63,773 nucleotides of DNA, taken from positions 1-63,773 of the forward strand of contig PEAO01000003.1 of assembly GCA_002753615.1 (NCBI GenBank). Reading direction: 5' to 3'. The first letter of the stretch is position 1; every line of letters begins with the position of its first letter. This DNA comes from Magnetococcales bacterium DCbin2. GTDB lineage: Bacteria; Pseudomonadota; Magnetococcia; Magnetococcales; UBA8363. Below are positions 40,666 to 51,128 of this stretch, piece by piece. The notes beneath the pieces are model-generated. The model did not search any database, was not told where the DNA came from, and saw only the letters and a list, made by a program, of their open reading frames with translations. The translations under genes were made by a program, and so were the position numbers.

Positions 40666-43444
40666 TAAATCCCTGGAAGTCGATACCCTGACCCACACGG
40701 AGGCGCACCGTCGCAACATCCCCACGGCGGAATTTCAGTCTGTGATGAAGCAGGATGAACAGTGTCCCATCCGCATCGCTTATGAGCGGCGCAATCGGGA
40801 TCTTGATCCGCAACTGGTGTGGCGCGGCAAAGATGAGCAGGACTGGTCTGATCTGGTGGTGCATGCCCCACCGCTCTACATCCAGGAGAAGGTGCATCCC
40901 AGGGTGTTGATCGAGGATCTGCGTCGGGAGAGCGAAGCCCGTTCCAAGGAGAATGAATCCCAACAACCGAAATTTCAATTTCGACTTGATCTTTTTTCCG
41001 ACTTCAACGGCCTGCCCAAGGAGGCCACCACCACCGATTTTTATCAGCATGACGGCAACTGGACCAACCGCATGATCCTGGGGGACTCTCTCCAGGTGAT
41101 GGCCTCCCTGGCCGAACGGGAGGGGCTACGCGGGCAGGTACAGTGCATCTATTTGGATCCACCCTACGGCATCAAATTCAACTCCAACTTTCAGTGGTCC
41201 ACCACCAGCCGGGATGTGAAGGACGGCAACAAGGACCATATCAGCCGCGAGCCGGAGCAGGTAAAAGCGTTCCGGGATACCTGGCGGGATGGCATCCATT
41301 CGTACCTCACCTACCTGCGGGACCGGCTCACCGTAGCCAGAGATCTGCTGGCGGATTCAGGCTCCATTTTTGTGCAGATTGGGGATGAGAACGTCCACAG
41401 AGTCAGATCTTTATTGGATGAAATTTTTGGTGAAGATCACTTCGTTGGGGAAATAGTCTTTAAAAAAACAGGGGGGCAGAGAACAACATTGATTGCTGGT
41501 GTCTCGGACTATGTCCTCTGGTACGGAAAGAATAAAGATCTGTTGAAATTTAGAAGACTGTTGAGTTCAAAGGTTTCTGATGATGGAGATGCCACTTTTC
41601 AAGGATACGACAAGGTTGATTTTGGAGACGGCACTGAAGGCAAAAAGACAGACCCTCGTTGGGCAAAGCATGGTGAGGGTATGTTGTTTCAAGCAACTAG
41701 CATGACATCTCAAAACCCTGGATCACGATTCCCTGTCGATTATTTTGGGAAAGAGTGGAACCCATCAGGAACTCAATGGTGGAAGACAGATAAAGATAGA
41801 TTTGAACGATTAATCAAGGCTAGACGAATAGTGGTAAGCGGAAAGTCATTAAGGTATAAGAGGTTTCTAGAAGATTATGCAGCATTCTCATTGACTCTAT
41901 TTTGGGAAGACACTGCAGGTGGTGTTGGTGCTGACAAAGTATATGTCGTGCAAACAAGCACCAAAATTGTCGAACGGTGTATTTTAATGTCAACAGATCC
42001 GGGGGACTTGGTTCTTGATCCAACATGCGGCTCTGGTACAACTGCATATGCTGCAGAGCAATGGGGGAGACGTTGGATTACCATCGACACATCCCGTGTT
42101 GCACTGGCATTGGCTCGTTCTCGTGTGATGGGTTCGAGATACCCTTGGTTTCTTCTGTCTGACAGTCTTGAAGGCCAAGAGAAAGAAGCGGAGATCACCC
42201 GAACCGCGCCGGTTTCCACCCCCACCCACGGCAATATCCGCCAGGGCTTCGTCTATGAACGGGTTCCCCACATCACCCTGAAGTCCATTGCCAACAACGC
42301 CGAGATCAATGTGATCTGGGACCGCTTCCAGGAGACCCTGGAACCCTTACGGGAAGCCCTCAACGCCGAAGTTGGCCAATCCTGGCAGGAGTGGGAAATC
42401 CCCCGCGAAGCCGAGAAATCCTGGTCCGCCAAAGGCAAGGATCTGCACACACATTGGTGGGATCTCCGTATCAAACGACAAAAAGAAATCGACGCATCCA
42501 TCGCCGCCAAGGCGGACTTTGAGTTCCTCTACGACAAGCCCTATGTGAACCGCTCCAAGGTCCGCGTAGCCGGTCCCTTCACCGTGGAGAGTCTCTCCCC
42601 CCACCGAGTACTCGCCGTGGACCAGGACGATGAACTGCTGGATCCGAACAGAACCCAGGCACATACCCACGACAAGGCCGATTTCGCCGCCATCATCCTG
42701 GAAAACCTGAAAACCGCCGGGGTTCAGCAGGCGCACAAGGAAGACAAAATCACCTTCACCAGCATCACCGGCTGGCCGGGCCAGTACATTGGTGCCGAAG
42801 GACGCTACATGGAGGAGGACAAAGAACGCCGCGCCGGTATCCTCATTGGTCCAGAGTTCGGTACCGTCTCCCGCCCCGATCTGGTCAGTGCCGCCCGGGA
42901 GGCCGGTGAGGCCGGCTTCAATACCCTCATCGCCTGTGCCTTCAACTTTGACGCCCACTCTGCCGAGTTCAATCAACTGGGCCATATCCCAATACTCAAG
43001 GCACGCATGAACGCCGACCTACACATGGCCAACGACCTCAAAAACACTGGCAAGGGCAACCTTTTCGTCATCTTCGGCGAGCCGGATATCGAGATACTCA
43101 AAGCCGATGATGGCCAAATCCAGGTGAAGATCAACGGCGTGGATGTCTTTAAACCCCAGACCGGCGAAGTGGAGTCTAGCGGTCCCGACGGCATCGCCTG
43201 CTGGTTCATCGACACCGACTACAACGAAGAGAGTTTTTTCGTAAGGCACGCCTATTTCCTCGGTGCCAACGATCCCTACAAGGCACTCAAAACCACTCTC
43301 AAGGCAGAAATCGACCAGGAAGCCTGGGATTCCCTCCACAGCGATCTCTCCCGTCCCTTCGGCAAACCCAAATCCGGGCGCATTGCCGTCAAGGTCATCA
43401 ACCACCTCGGCGATGAGGTGATGAAGGTGTTTGCAGTCGAATAA
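40646..43444 (+). CDS. Type III-like modification methyltransferase (beta-class N6/N4)
   Basis: YLDPPYG preceding VLDPTCGSGTT; adjacent to the Res-like gene. Confidence 0.92.
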   Translation: MARKSADKSLEVDTLTHTEAHRRNIPTAEFQSVMKQDEQCPIRIAYERRNRDLDPQLVWRGKDEQDWSDLVVHAPPLYIQEKVHPRVLIEDLRRESEARSKENESQQPKFQFRLDLFSDFNGLPKEATTTDFYQHDGNWTNRMILGDSLQVMASLAEREGLRGQVQCIYLDPPYGIKFNSNFQWSTTSRDVKDGNKDHISREPEQVKAFRDTWRDGIHSYLTYLRDRLTVARDLLADSGSIFVQIGDENVHRVRSLLDEIFGEDHFVGEIVFKKTGGQRTTLIAGVSDYVLWYGKNKDLLKFRRLLSSKVSDDGDATFQGYDKVDFGDGTEGKKTDPRWAKHGEGMLFQATSMTSQNPGSRFPVDYFGKEWNPSGTQWWKTDKDRFERLIKARRIVVSGKSLRYKRFLEDYAAFSLTLFWEDTAGGVGADKVYVVQTSTKIVERCILMSTDPGDLVLDPTCGSGTTAYAAEQWGRRWITIDTSRVALALARSRVMGSRYPWFLLSDSLEGQEKEAEITRTAPVSTPTHGNIRQGFVYERVPHITLKSIANNAEINVIWDRFQETLEPLREALNAEVGQSWQEWEIPREAEKSWSAKGKDLHTHWWDLRIKRQKEIDASIAAKADFEFLYDKPYVNRSKVRVAGPFTVESLSPHRVLAVDQDDELLDPNRTQAHTHDKADFAAIILENLKTAGVQQAHKEDKITFTSITGWPGQYIGAEGRYMEEDKERRAGILIGPEFGTVSRPDLVSAAREAGEAGFNTLIACAFNFDAHSAEFNQLGHIPILKARMNADLHMANDLKNTGKGNLFVIFGEPDIEILKADDGQIQVKINGVDVFKPQTGEVESSGPDGIACWFIDTDYNEESFFVRHAYFLGANDPYKALKTTLKAEIDQEAWDSLHSDLSRPFGKPKSGRIAVKVINHLGDEVMKVFAVE

Positions 43445-43487
43445 TGAAAATCATCAGAACGACACCAACAGGCAAAGGATCTACAAA

Positions 43488-45116
43488 ATGAACGGCCTAC
43501 GTGAGGCACTAACTCCCCTCGCTGCCCGGATGCCACGGGTTGTTCGCGAACATGAAATCCTTCGGGTGGTTGGCGTGTTGAAAAGTAGAGAGGATCAGCA
43601 AACCAATGCCACAGCTCGCAAGGAAATCCTGGCTTGGTTGCAAAAGCGGAGTGGTGGACGTTTGCCTAAAGAGGCATGGGAATGTAAGAGGTTTGAATAT
43701 TTATCCGGTGGCAGGAATAGCGTAGGTGTCCGTATCGCAACCCCAGAGATCGACCTTTGGTCAGTACGTGCGGATGATCCTGATAAAAATATTCCTGGTC
43801 GCACATGGACAACAGAAGTAACAGTGGGCGGGACTTCCGGTGAATTGCCTACCTTCACGGCTCGCCTGATTGTCAGCACCACGGAAAACGATTTCGTGGA
43901 CGGGTCACAAGGCGCGGCAGTACCAGGTTTTGTGAAACAATTAGCAACAAAGCTGGGGGTACAGCGGGACGGTTATCATTTCTCGCCTGACCCACGATTG
44001 ATTGACTCGGAAGAGGATTCTGAATGGCTAATCAACACGCTGTTAGACCCTTCTCGCCACATTCCAGTCTTCATATTGTCTGTTCCCAATAATGCGGAAC
44101 ATCAAACGGCACCACTACTTGATGCGAACAACCTTAGCAAAGCAACCATTGGAATTGGAATCGTCGCTATCACAACCCCAAAATCTAGCTGGGCACTCAC
44201 GCATAGGTTTGGCAAACAACGGTCGGTGTTTAATGGTGCAGCAAGAACTTATCTCCCCGGCTTTTCGGATGACTCAGACCCCTATAGCCACAAACTGGCA
44301 TTGGCAGATCAATTAGCAACGCCTAAAGGGAAAACGGATTGCCTCCGGTTGATGAGGAACTTGGCAGCGGCGGAAAGCTTACGGCACACGCGACTTGGAA
44401 AGGATGTACTGGCATTTTCTGCCATCCGCAATGCGTCGATACAGATAAACCAAAAAAATCTTGAGGAGTTTGGAGCGAGTAGTGATATCAAACTTGATGC
44501 TGCAACTACACGTATTCGTGCGTTGGAGGAACGGGTCGAGTCGCTGGAAAAGGATAATGAACATTATCTTGATGAGTACCTAAAGGAATATCAAAGAGCG
44601 GAAGATGCTGATAAGCGTAGTTTTTCTCTTACATTTCGGATTCAGCAACTCAATAAGCAAATTAAGGATAGTGGGGCAGTTCCCGACACCAATATTACTT
44701 TTCCCAAGCAATGGCGTGATTTTGGCGACTGGTGCGACCAGCATCTCGCTGGACGGGTAGTGCTTGCTTCCGCTGCCCGTCGTGCTGTTCAAGAACCAGA
44801 GTATAATGATATTGAACTTGCTGCACGGTGCTTATTATGGCTCGCAAACGATTATCGTGAAAGCAGGCTGGGGCAATCTGATCTCCGAGTTCGTGAGGCT
44901 CCCATTGAGTCTGGTGTACGCAACGCAGCCTGTGGATCTGATGAATACGAAATCAATTGGAACGGACAACGGCACGTCGTCGATTGGCACATAAAAAATG
45001 GCGGCAATACCCGTAACCCATCTCGGTGCCTGCGCATTTACCACCTTTGGGATCCTGCCAGCCAGCAAGTGATCGTCGCTGATATGCCTGCTCACAGGCG
45101 TACAGGCGCGACCTAA
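43488..45116 (+). CDS. Hypothetical protein with coiled coil and possible C-terminal RelE-like domain
   Basis: Long ORF; coiled coil IRALEERVESLEKD; C-terminal WHIKNGG..RCLRIYHLWD..VIVADMPAH; start 43488 or 43431. Confidence 0.7.
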   Translation: MNGLREALTPLAARMPRVVREHEILRVVGVLKSREDQQTNATARKEILAWLQKRSGGRLPKEAWECKRFEYLSGGRNSVGVRIATPEIDLWSVRADDPDKNIPGRTWTTEVTVGGTSGELPTFTARLIVSTTENDFVDGSQGAAVPGFVKQLATKLGVQRDGYHFSPDPRLIDSEEDSEWLINTLLDPSRHIPVFILSVPNNAEHQTAPLLDANNLSKATIGIGIVAITTPKSSWALTHRFGKQRSVFNGAARTYLPGFSDDSDPYSHKLALADQLATPKGKTDCLRLMRNLAAAESLRHTRLGKDVLAFSAIRNASIQINQKNLEEFGASSDIKLDAATTRIRALEERVESLEKDNEHYLDEYLKEYQRAEDADKRSFSLTFRIQQLNKQIKDSGAVPDTNITFPKQWRDFGDWCDQHLAGRVVLASAARRAVQEPEYNDIELAARCLLWLANDYRESRLGQSDLRVREAPIESGVRNAACGSDEYEINWNGQRHVVDWHIKNGGNTRNPSRCLRIYHLWDPASQQVIVADMPAHRRTGAT

Positions 45117-45129
45117 CCGAGGAACACAA

Positions 45130-47208
45130 ATGGAGTTTCGCATAGCCGATACCTTCACCGACTCGTTGGCCAAACTGACCGGACAGGAGCAAAAGGCGGT
45201 CAAAACCACAGCCTTCGACCTGCAAATGGATTCCGTCAATCCGGGCATGAGCTTTCACAAGCTGGACCGGGCCAAAGATCCCAATTTTTGGTCCGTGCGG
45301 GTCAATGCGGATATCCGCCTTATCGTCCATAAAACCGCCTCCAGCCTTTTGCTGGTCTACGCTGGCCACCACGACAAAGCCTACAAGTGGGCGGAGTGCC
45401 GCAAGATCGAACGCCACCCCAAGACGGGTGCCGCTCAGTTAGTGGAAATCAGGGAGACGGTCGAAGAGATCGTCATTCATCAGACACGGGTAGAAAAACA
45501 GCCCGCTCTCGCAAAACCATGCATCTTTGCCAATTTGAGCAAGGGGGATCTCCTGGGATTCGGCGTACCCTCCGAGTGGGTAAACGAGGTTCGCAAAGCC
45601 ACCGAAGACTCCTTGTTCGATATCGCTGAACACCTGCCACAGGAAGCCACCGAGGCACTGTTGGAATTGGCCGTTGGCGTGCAACCCAAAGTCGCTCCCG
45701 TCACCGCAGAATCCGACAACCCCTTCGACCACCCTGATGCCCAACGCCGTTTCCGCGTCATGGCCAATCAGGAAGAGTTGGCTATCGCCCTCAATGATCC
45801 CTGGGAGAAATGGACCGTCTTCCTTCACCCCTCCCAGCGCCAATGCGTTGAAAAGGACTACACCGGCCCATCTCGTATTTCCGGCTCTGCGGGAACGGGA
45901 AAGACCATCGTTGCGCTCCACCGCGCTGCCCATCTGGCGCGGAAACACCCTAATGCGAAAATCCTTCTCACTACTTTTTCGTCTACTCTGGCCAGTACGC
46001 TTCAGACCAAACTCAACCGGTTGGTGGGAAACGAATCCGACATGGCCCGGCGGATCAAAGTCCGTTCAATCAAACGGATTGGTGAGGATCTGTACGCCCA
46101 ATCCCATGCCACTCCAAATATTGCCGACGATGCAACCATTCGCAACCTGTTAAGCCAGCATGCCGCTTCCCTGGGTACTCACCACTTCTCCGATCCATTC
46201 TTGCTGGGGGAATGGAAGGATGTGGTGGACGCTTGGCAATTGAAAAGTTGGGAAGATTACCGTGATGTGCAACGGCTTGGACGCAAAACGCGAATCGGCG
46301 GCAAACAGCGTGAGATGTTGTGGGCGATCTTCGCCACAGTCAGGGCTGAACTGGATGACCGAAACCTCATGACCTGGGCGGACCTGTTCGGAAGGGTGAC
46401 ACAGGAGATCCTCGACCAGGCAATGACCCCGTTCGATTTTGCCGTGGTGGACGAAGCCCAGGATCTTGGCGTGGCCGAAGTGCGATTCTTGGCCGCCTTG
46501 GGATCTGGCCGTTCAAACGCGCTCTTCTTCGCTGGAGATTTAGGGCAACGCATCTTCCAGCAGCCCTTCTCATGGAAATCGCTGGGTGTGGATATCCGTG
46601 GCCGGTCCGGCACCCTCCGCATCAACTACCGTACATCCCACCAGATTCGCAGTCATGCTGACCGTTTGCTTCCTTCAGCCATCTCCGATGTGGACGGTAA
46701 TGATGAAAACCGCATCAAAACGATTTCGGTTTTTGATGGACCTCCCCCTCAGGTTAAAATCGTTGACAGCATCGAGGAGGAATCTGCCGTTGTTGCCGGA
46801 TGGCTCATGCAGCAGTTGGATGATGATTTGCAGCCCCATGAAATTGGCGTGTTTATCCGTTCCCCTGCACAACTGGATAGAGCTAGAAATGCTGTAAAAA
46901 TGGCAGGTGCAACCGCCCTTGAATTGGATAACGGAGCGGAGACCGAAGCCGGGAAAATATCCGTCTGCACCATGCATTTAGCTAAAGGACTAGAGTTCCG
47001 GGCCGTGGCTGTTATAGCCTGCGACGATGAGGTATTACCCCTTCAGGAGAGGATTGAAGCTATTTCTGACGATGCTGACCTTGAAGAAGTCTATAACACG
47101 GAGCGACATCTCCTTTATGTTGCATGTACCCGCGCTCGTGATCACCTGCTGGTCACTGGCGTGGATCCGGCATCCGAATTTCTCGACGATTTTGGATTGG
47201 AACGGTAG
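45130..47208 (+). CDS. UvrD/SF1 helicase with N-terminal RelE-like domain
   Basis: GSAGTGKT, VVDEAQD, NYRT, HLAKGLEF, LYVACTRAR; N-terminal FWSVRVNADIRLIVH. Confidence 0.88.
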   Translation: MEFRIADTFTDSLAKLTGQEQKAVKTTAFDLQMDSVNPGMSFHKLDRAKDPNFWSVRVNADIRLIVHKTASSLLLVYAGHHDKAYKWAECRKIERHPKTGAAQLVEIRETVEEIVIHQTRVEKQPALAKPCIFANLSKGDLLGFGVPSEWVNEVRKATEDSLFDIAEHLPQEATEALLELAVGVQPKVAPVTAESDNPFDHPDAQRRFRVMANQEELAIALNDPWEKWTVFLHPSQRQCVEKDYTGPSRISGSAGTGKTIVALHRAAHLARKHPNAKILLTTFSSTLASTLQTKLNRLVGNESDMARRIKVRSIKRIGEDLYAQSHATPNIADDATIRNLLSQHAASLGTHHFSDPFLLGEWKDVVDAWQLKSWEDYRDVQRLGRKTRIGGKQREMLWAIFATVRAELDDRNLMTWADLFGRVTQEILDQAMTPFDFAVVDEAQDLGVAEVRFLAALGSGRSNALFFAGDLGQRIFQQPFSWKSLGVDIRGRSGTLRINYRTSHQIRSHADRLLPSAISDVDGNDENRIKTISVFDGPPPQVKIVDSIEEESAVVAGWLMQQLDDDLQPHEIGVFIRSPAQLDRARNAVKMAGATALELDNGAETEAGKISVCTMHLAKGLEFRAVAVIACDDEVLPLQERIEAISDDADLEEVYNTERHLLYVACTRARDHLLVTGVDPASEFLDDFGLER

Positions 47209-47571
47209 CAGACTATTTTTCTATGACTTGCAAACGAAATGGACCTGAGGGTCAGAGAGAAACCTTGCACTTTGATCGCCACGTCATCGAAGTGCCACAA
47301 TCAGACCTCCAGACCATTTCCTGCCACATCTACCAAGAATTTAACATGAAATTTTATATTCATATTACAATCAATTAGATACATGATGTTTTTTTGAATT
47401 GGCACCCCTTCCACTTCGTCACAATTAACCTTTTGAATTTACTTGCATATGATATAATAGGCTCGCGTTTGGCATAAAATCGGAAGGAATATTTAAACAA
47501 ATTAATGCTATCTCAACGCAAAAATATGGAAAGATTTTGAGCCATTTTAGGATATCCACGGAGAGTTGCCA

Positions 47572-48027
47572 ATGAGTCAATTGATCATCGCCTGCGATCA
47601 TGGGGCTTGGGTTCTTAAAAACGAGTTGGTACAGCACCTGCGCGTCCGACATGCCCTGGAAGTGTGCGACTTGGGTGTCAGCGGGCCAGACTCGGTGGAC
47701 TATCCCGACTATGCTGCCGAGTTGTGCCACCGTATCCTTCGGGGGGAGGCCCAAAGGGGTGTCCTTTTATGTGGTACCGGTTTGGGCATGTCCATGGCGG
47801 CTAACCGTTTTAAAGGGATACGCGCTGCTTTGTGTCATGATGAATTTACGGCGCGCATGTCGCGACGCCACAACGACGCCAATGTACTCGTCATCGGTGG
47901 CCGGGTGACAGGACCGGGATTGGCACAAGCGATGATCGATGTCTGGCTGACAGAACCCTTTGAAGGGGGACGGCATCAGCGGCGTATCGAGGGGCTGGAC
48001 GCATTGACCACACCGAAACCAACATGA
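47572..48027 (+). CDS. rpiB: Ribose-5-phosphate isomerase B
   Basis: ACDHG, DYPD, CGTGLGM, HNDANVL, FEGGRH motifs. Confidence 0.96.
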   Translation: MSQLIIACDHGAWVLKNELVQHLRVRHALEVCDLGVSGPDSVDYPDYAAELCHRILRGEAQRGVLLCGTGLGMSMAANRFKGIRAALCHDEFTARMSRRHNDANVLVIGGRVTGPGLAQAMIDVWLTEPFEGGRHQRRIEGLDALTTPKPT

Positions 48028-48069
48028 CCTAAGCCCAGCAAACCCATTTTGACACCCGCGAGGAATGCC

Positions 48070-49341
48070 ATGACTAATTCAACCGCCTCCCTGAATGTTG
48101 CTGACCCGGAGATTTATGCTGCCATCCAGGACGAGCTGGGTCGGCAAAGAGACCAGATTGAATTGATTGCGTCAGAAAATATCGTCAGTCGCGCCGTCCT
48201 GGAAGCACAAGGGAGCGTGATGACCAACAAATACGCCGAAGGGTATCCCGGCAAACGTTATTATGGCGGATGTGACTGTGTGGACCGGGCCGAGGCGTTG
48301 GCCATTTCCCGCGCTTGTGAATTGTTTGGCTGCACCTATGCGAATGTGCAACCCCATTCCGGTTCCCAGGCCAACATGGCGGCATTCTTGGCCCTGGCGA
48401 CGGCGGGAGATACCTTGCTGGGGATGTCCTTGGCCCATGGCGGCCATTTGACGCATGGTGCCGCTCCAAACTTTTCCGGCCAGTTGTTTCAACCCGTGCA
48501 GTATGGTCTGCATCCCGAAACCGAAACCATCGACTATGACGAAGTAGAACGCTTGGCGCAGCAACACCGCCCTCGCATCATCGTCGCCGGTGCCTCCGCG
48601 TACAGCCGTATCATTGATTTTCCCCGGTTTCGCAAAATTTGTGATGCCGTTGGGGCCGATTTGGTGGTGGATATGGCCCATTTTGCCGGTCTGGTGGCGG
48701 CGGGAGAACATCCCAGTCCGTTTCCATACGCCGATATCGTCACCACAACCACCCATAAAACCCTCCGTGGCCCCCGTGGCGGTATGATCCTGACCAATCG
48801 GGAAGATTTGGCCAAAAAAATCAATTCCAAAATTTTTCCGGGTATCCAGGGTGGCCCCTTGGAACACGTCATTGCCGCCAAGGCGGTCGCTTTTCGTGAG
48901 GCCTTGCAACCGGAGTTCAAGGAATACGCCCGGCGGATCCGAGCCAATGCGGTGGCCTTGGCGGAAACCTTGGTGGAACAAGGGTTACGCATCGTGTCGG
49001 GCGGCACGGATAATCATCTGATGCTGGTGGATCTGACCTCGCGCAACATCACCGGCAAAGATGCCGAAGCGGCACTGGAACGGGCCGGGATGACCTGTAA
49101 CAAAAATGCCATCCCGAACGATCCCCGCTCCCCGTTTGTCACGTCGGGTATCCGGTTGGGAACCCCGGCAGCGACCACCCGTGGGTTCAATGAGGCCGCT
49201 TTCAGAGACATTGGCCGTTGGATTGTGCAAGTTATTGATGCCGCCGCCACCAACCCTGGAGAAAGTCACAAGGTGGAAACGGAAATTCATCGCCAAGCCC
49301 AGGCGTTGTGTCGGCGTTACCCGATTTACCCAACCCTCTGA
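48070..49341 (+). CDS. glyA: Serine hydroxymethyltransferase
   Basis: [32 protein letters not shown] motifs. Confidence 0.97.
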   Translation: MTNSTASLNVADPEIYAAIQDELGRQRDQIELIASENIVSRAVLEAQGSVMTNKYAEGYPGKRYYGGCDCVDRAEALAISRACELFGCTYANVQPHSGSQANMAAFLALATAGDTLLGMSLAHGGHLTHGAAPNFSGQLFQPVQYGLHPETETIDYDEVERLAQQHRPRIIVAGASAYSRIIDFPRFRKICDAVGADLVVDMAHFAGLVAAGEHPSPFPYADIVTTTTHKTLRGPRGGMILTNREDLAKKINSKIFPGIQGGPLEHVIAAKAVAFREALQPEFKEYARRIRANAVALAETLVEQGLRIVSGGTDNHLMLVDLTSRNITGKDAEAALERAGMTCNKNAIPNDPRSPFVTSGIRLGTPAATTRGFNEAAFRDIGRWIVQVIDAAATNPGESHKVETEIHRQAQALCRRYPIYPTL

Positions 49342-50480
49342 TGCAAGTGCCCGCGCAACCTGAGGCAAGGATGATGGACCTCGCTCTCCGTTTGGCAGCG
49401 CGGGGATTGGGTCGGACCCATCCCAATCCGGTGGTGGGATGTGTGTTGGTCAAGGATGGACGGGTGGTGGGACGAGGATTTCACCCACGCGCTGGTGCTG
49501 CTCATGCGGAGGTCTTCGCGCTACAACAGGCGGGAACATTGGCGCACGGGGCCACGGCGTATGTGACCCTGGAACCGTGCAGCCACCATGGGCGGACACC
49601 ACCCTGTGCCGATGCCTTGATCGCTGCGGGGGTGCGACGAGTGGTCGCCGCCATGACCGACCCCGATCCACGGGTGGCGGGCAAAGGGTTTGCCAGACTC
49701 AAAGAGGCTGGTATAGTAATCCAGGTGGGAATGCGGGAAACTGCGGCAAAACGGCTGAACGCACCATTTATCAGTCGCGTACTTCGTGGACGCCCCTTGG
49801 TTCATTGCAAATTAGCAGCCTCCCTGGATGGCAAAACGGCTACCCATACCGGTGCAAGCCAATGGATCACCGGCCCTGAATCTCGGACAAGCGTGGGGCG
49901 TCTCAGAAATACCCATGATGTGGTCATGGTTGGAATCGGCACCCTTTTGGCGGATAATCCCCGCTTGAACTGCCGGATTGCCGGGGGACGCGATCCCATC
50001 CGCTTGGTGGTGGACTCCCGTTTGCGTACCCCTTTGGAAGGGGCGTTTTGGTCCTCTTCGGAGAGTGCCCCGTTATGGCTGGCAACGGTGTTGGATGAAA
50101 ACCATGACCGCGCCAAAGTGTTACGAGACCGGGGGGCGAACATTCTCGTCTGTCGCGATAACGGCTCGGGGCGGGGCGGTCTGGATGATCTGATGCAGCG
50201 TTTGGGTTCCATGGGGATCAACAGCGTCCTGTCCGAGGCGGGTGGAGAACTGACGGGATCGTTGATGGCGGGTGGATTGGTGGATCGTTTATCCTTGTAT
50301 CTGGCCCCCATGCTCATTGGCGGGGTACTGGCCCCTGGCCTTTTGGGGGGAAGTGGCGTCGCCTCCTTGGCCGATGCGTTGCGGTTGGATGGCGTTGAGA
50401 TCACCCGGTTGGGTGCGGATCTTCTGATTGAGGCGACGATGGGAAGTTTTATGCAGGATGGGCCATGTTTACCGGTTTGA
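49341..50480 (+). CDS. ribD: Riboflavin biosynthesis deaminase/reductase
   Basis: PNPVVG, HAE, TLEPCSHHGRTPPC, SLDGK..SQWIT motifs. Confidence 0.95.
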   Translation: MQVPAQPEARMMDLALRLAARGLGRTHPNPVVGCVLVKDGRVVGRGFHPRAGAAHAEVFALQQAGTLAHGATAYVTLEPCSHHGRTPPCADALIAAGVRRVVAAMTDPDPRVAGKGFARLKEAGIVIQVGMRETAAKRLNAPFISRVLRGRPLVHCKLAASLDGKTATHTGASQWITGPESRTSVGRLRNTHDVVMVGIGTLLADNPRLNCRIAGGRDPIRLVVDSRLRTPLEGAFWSSSESAPLWLATVLDENHDRAKVLRDRGANILVCRDNGSGRGGLDDLMQRLGSMGINSVLSEAGGELTGSLMAGGLVDRLSLYLAPMLIGGVLAPGLLGGSGVASLADALRLDGVEITRLGADLLIEATMGSFMQDGPCLPV

Positions 50481-51124
50481 TCGAGGGGATAGGGCATGTG
50501 CGCAGCCTGCAAAAAGGGGGGAGCGACTGGTCCTTGGGAATCGCGGCACCGTTTGATCTGGCCAAGGTTGCCCTGGGAGACTCGATTGCGGTCAACGGCG
50601 TTTGCCTGACGGTGATCGCAAAGGACGCTGTGAGTTTTACGGTGCAGGTTTCCCGGGAAACGGTCGGTGTCACCACCATGTCGGGGATCCGGGTAGGACA
50701 AGCGGTCAATCTGGAACGGGCATTGGTGTTGGGTGGCAGGTTAGATGGGCATCTGGTCCAAGGTCATGTGGATACCGTAGGACAGGTGGAGCGTTTGGCC
50801 CCCCAGGGCCATTCGGTCGCAATTTGGTTCCGTGTGCCGGCGGAGTTTGGCCGTTATATTATCCCCAAGGGATCCATAGCCGTGGATGGGGTGAGTCTGA
50901 CAGTCAATGAGGTGGTGGATGGCGGTGCGGTGACCCGCTTTGCGGTGAACATCATTCCCCATACCAGCCATAAAACGACATTGGCGGCGTTGGTGGCTGG
51001 AAGTTTGGTCAATGTGGAAACCGACCTTTTGGGTCGTTATGTGGAACGGTTATTGGCGACGGGGGGATGGGGTCGTCCCGTGGGGCTTGTTGATGAAGCC
51101 TATTTACTGAAGAGAGGTTTTTAA
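50465..51124 (+). CDS. ribE: Riboflavin synthase (alpha chain)
   Basis: MFTGLI, SIAVNGVCLT, GHLVQGHVD motifs. Confidence 0.96.
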   Translation: MFTGLIEGIGHVRSLQKGGSDWSLGIAAPFDLAKVALGDSIAVNGVCLTVIAKDAVSFTVQVSRETVGVTTMSGIRVGQAVNLERALVLGGRLDGHLVQGHVDTVGQVERLAPQGHSVAIWFRVPAEFGRYIIPKGSIAVDGVSLTVNEVVDGGAVTRFAVNIIPHTSHKTTLAALVAGSLVNVETDLLGRYVERLLATGGWGRPVGLVDEAYLLKRGF

Positions 51125-51128
51125 TCCA

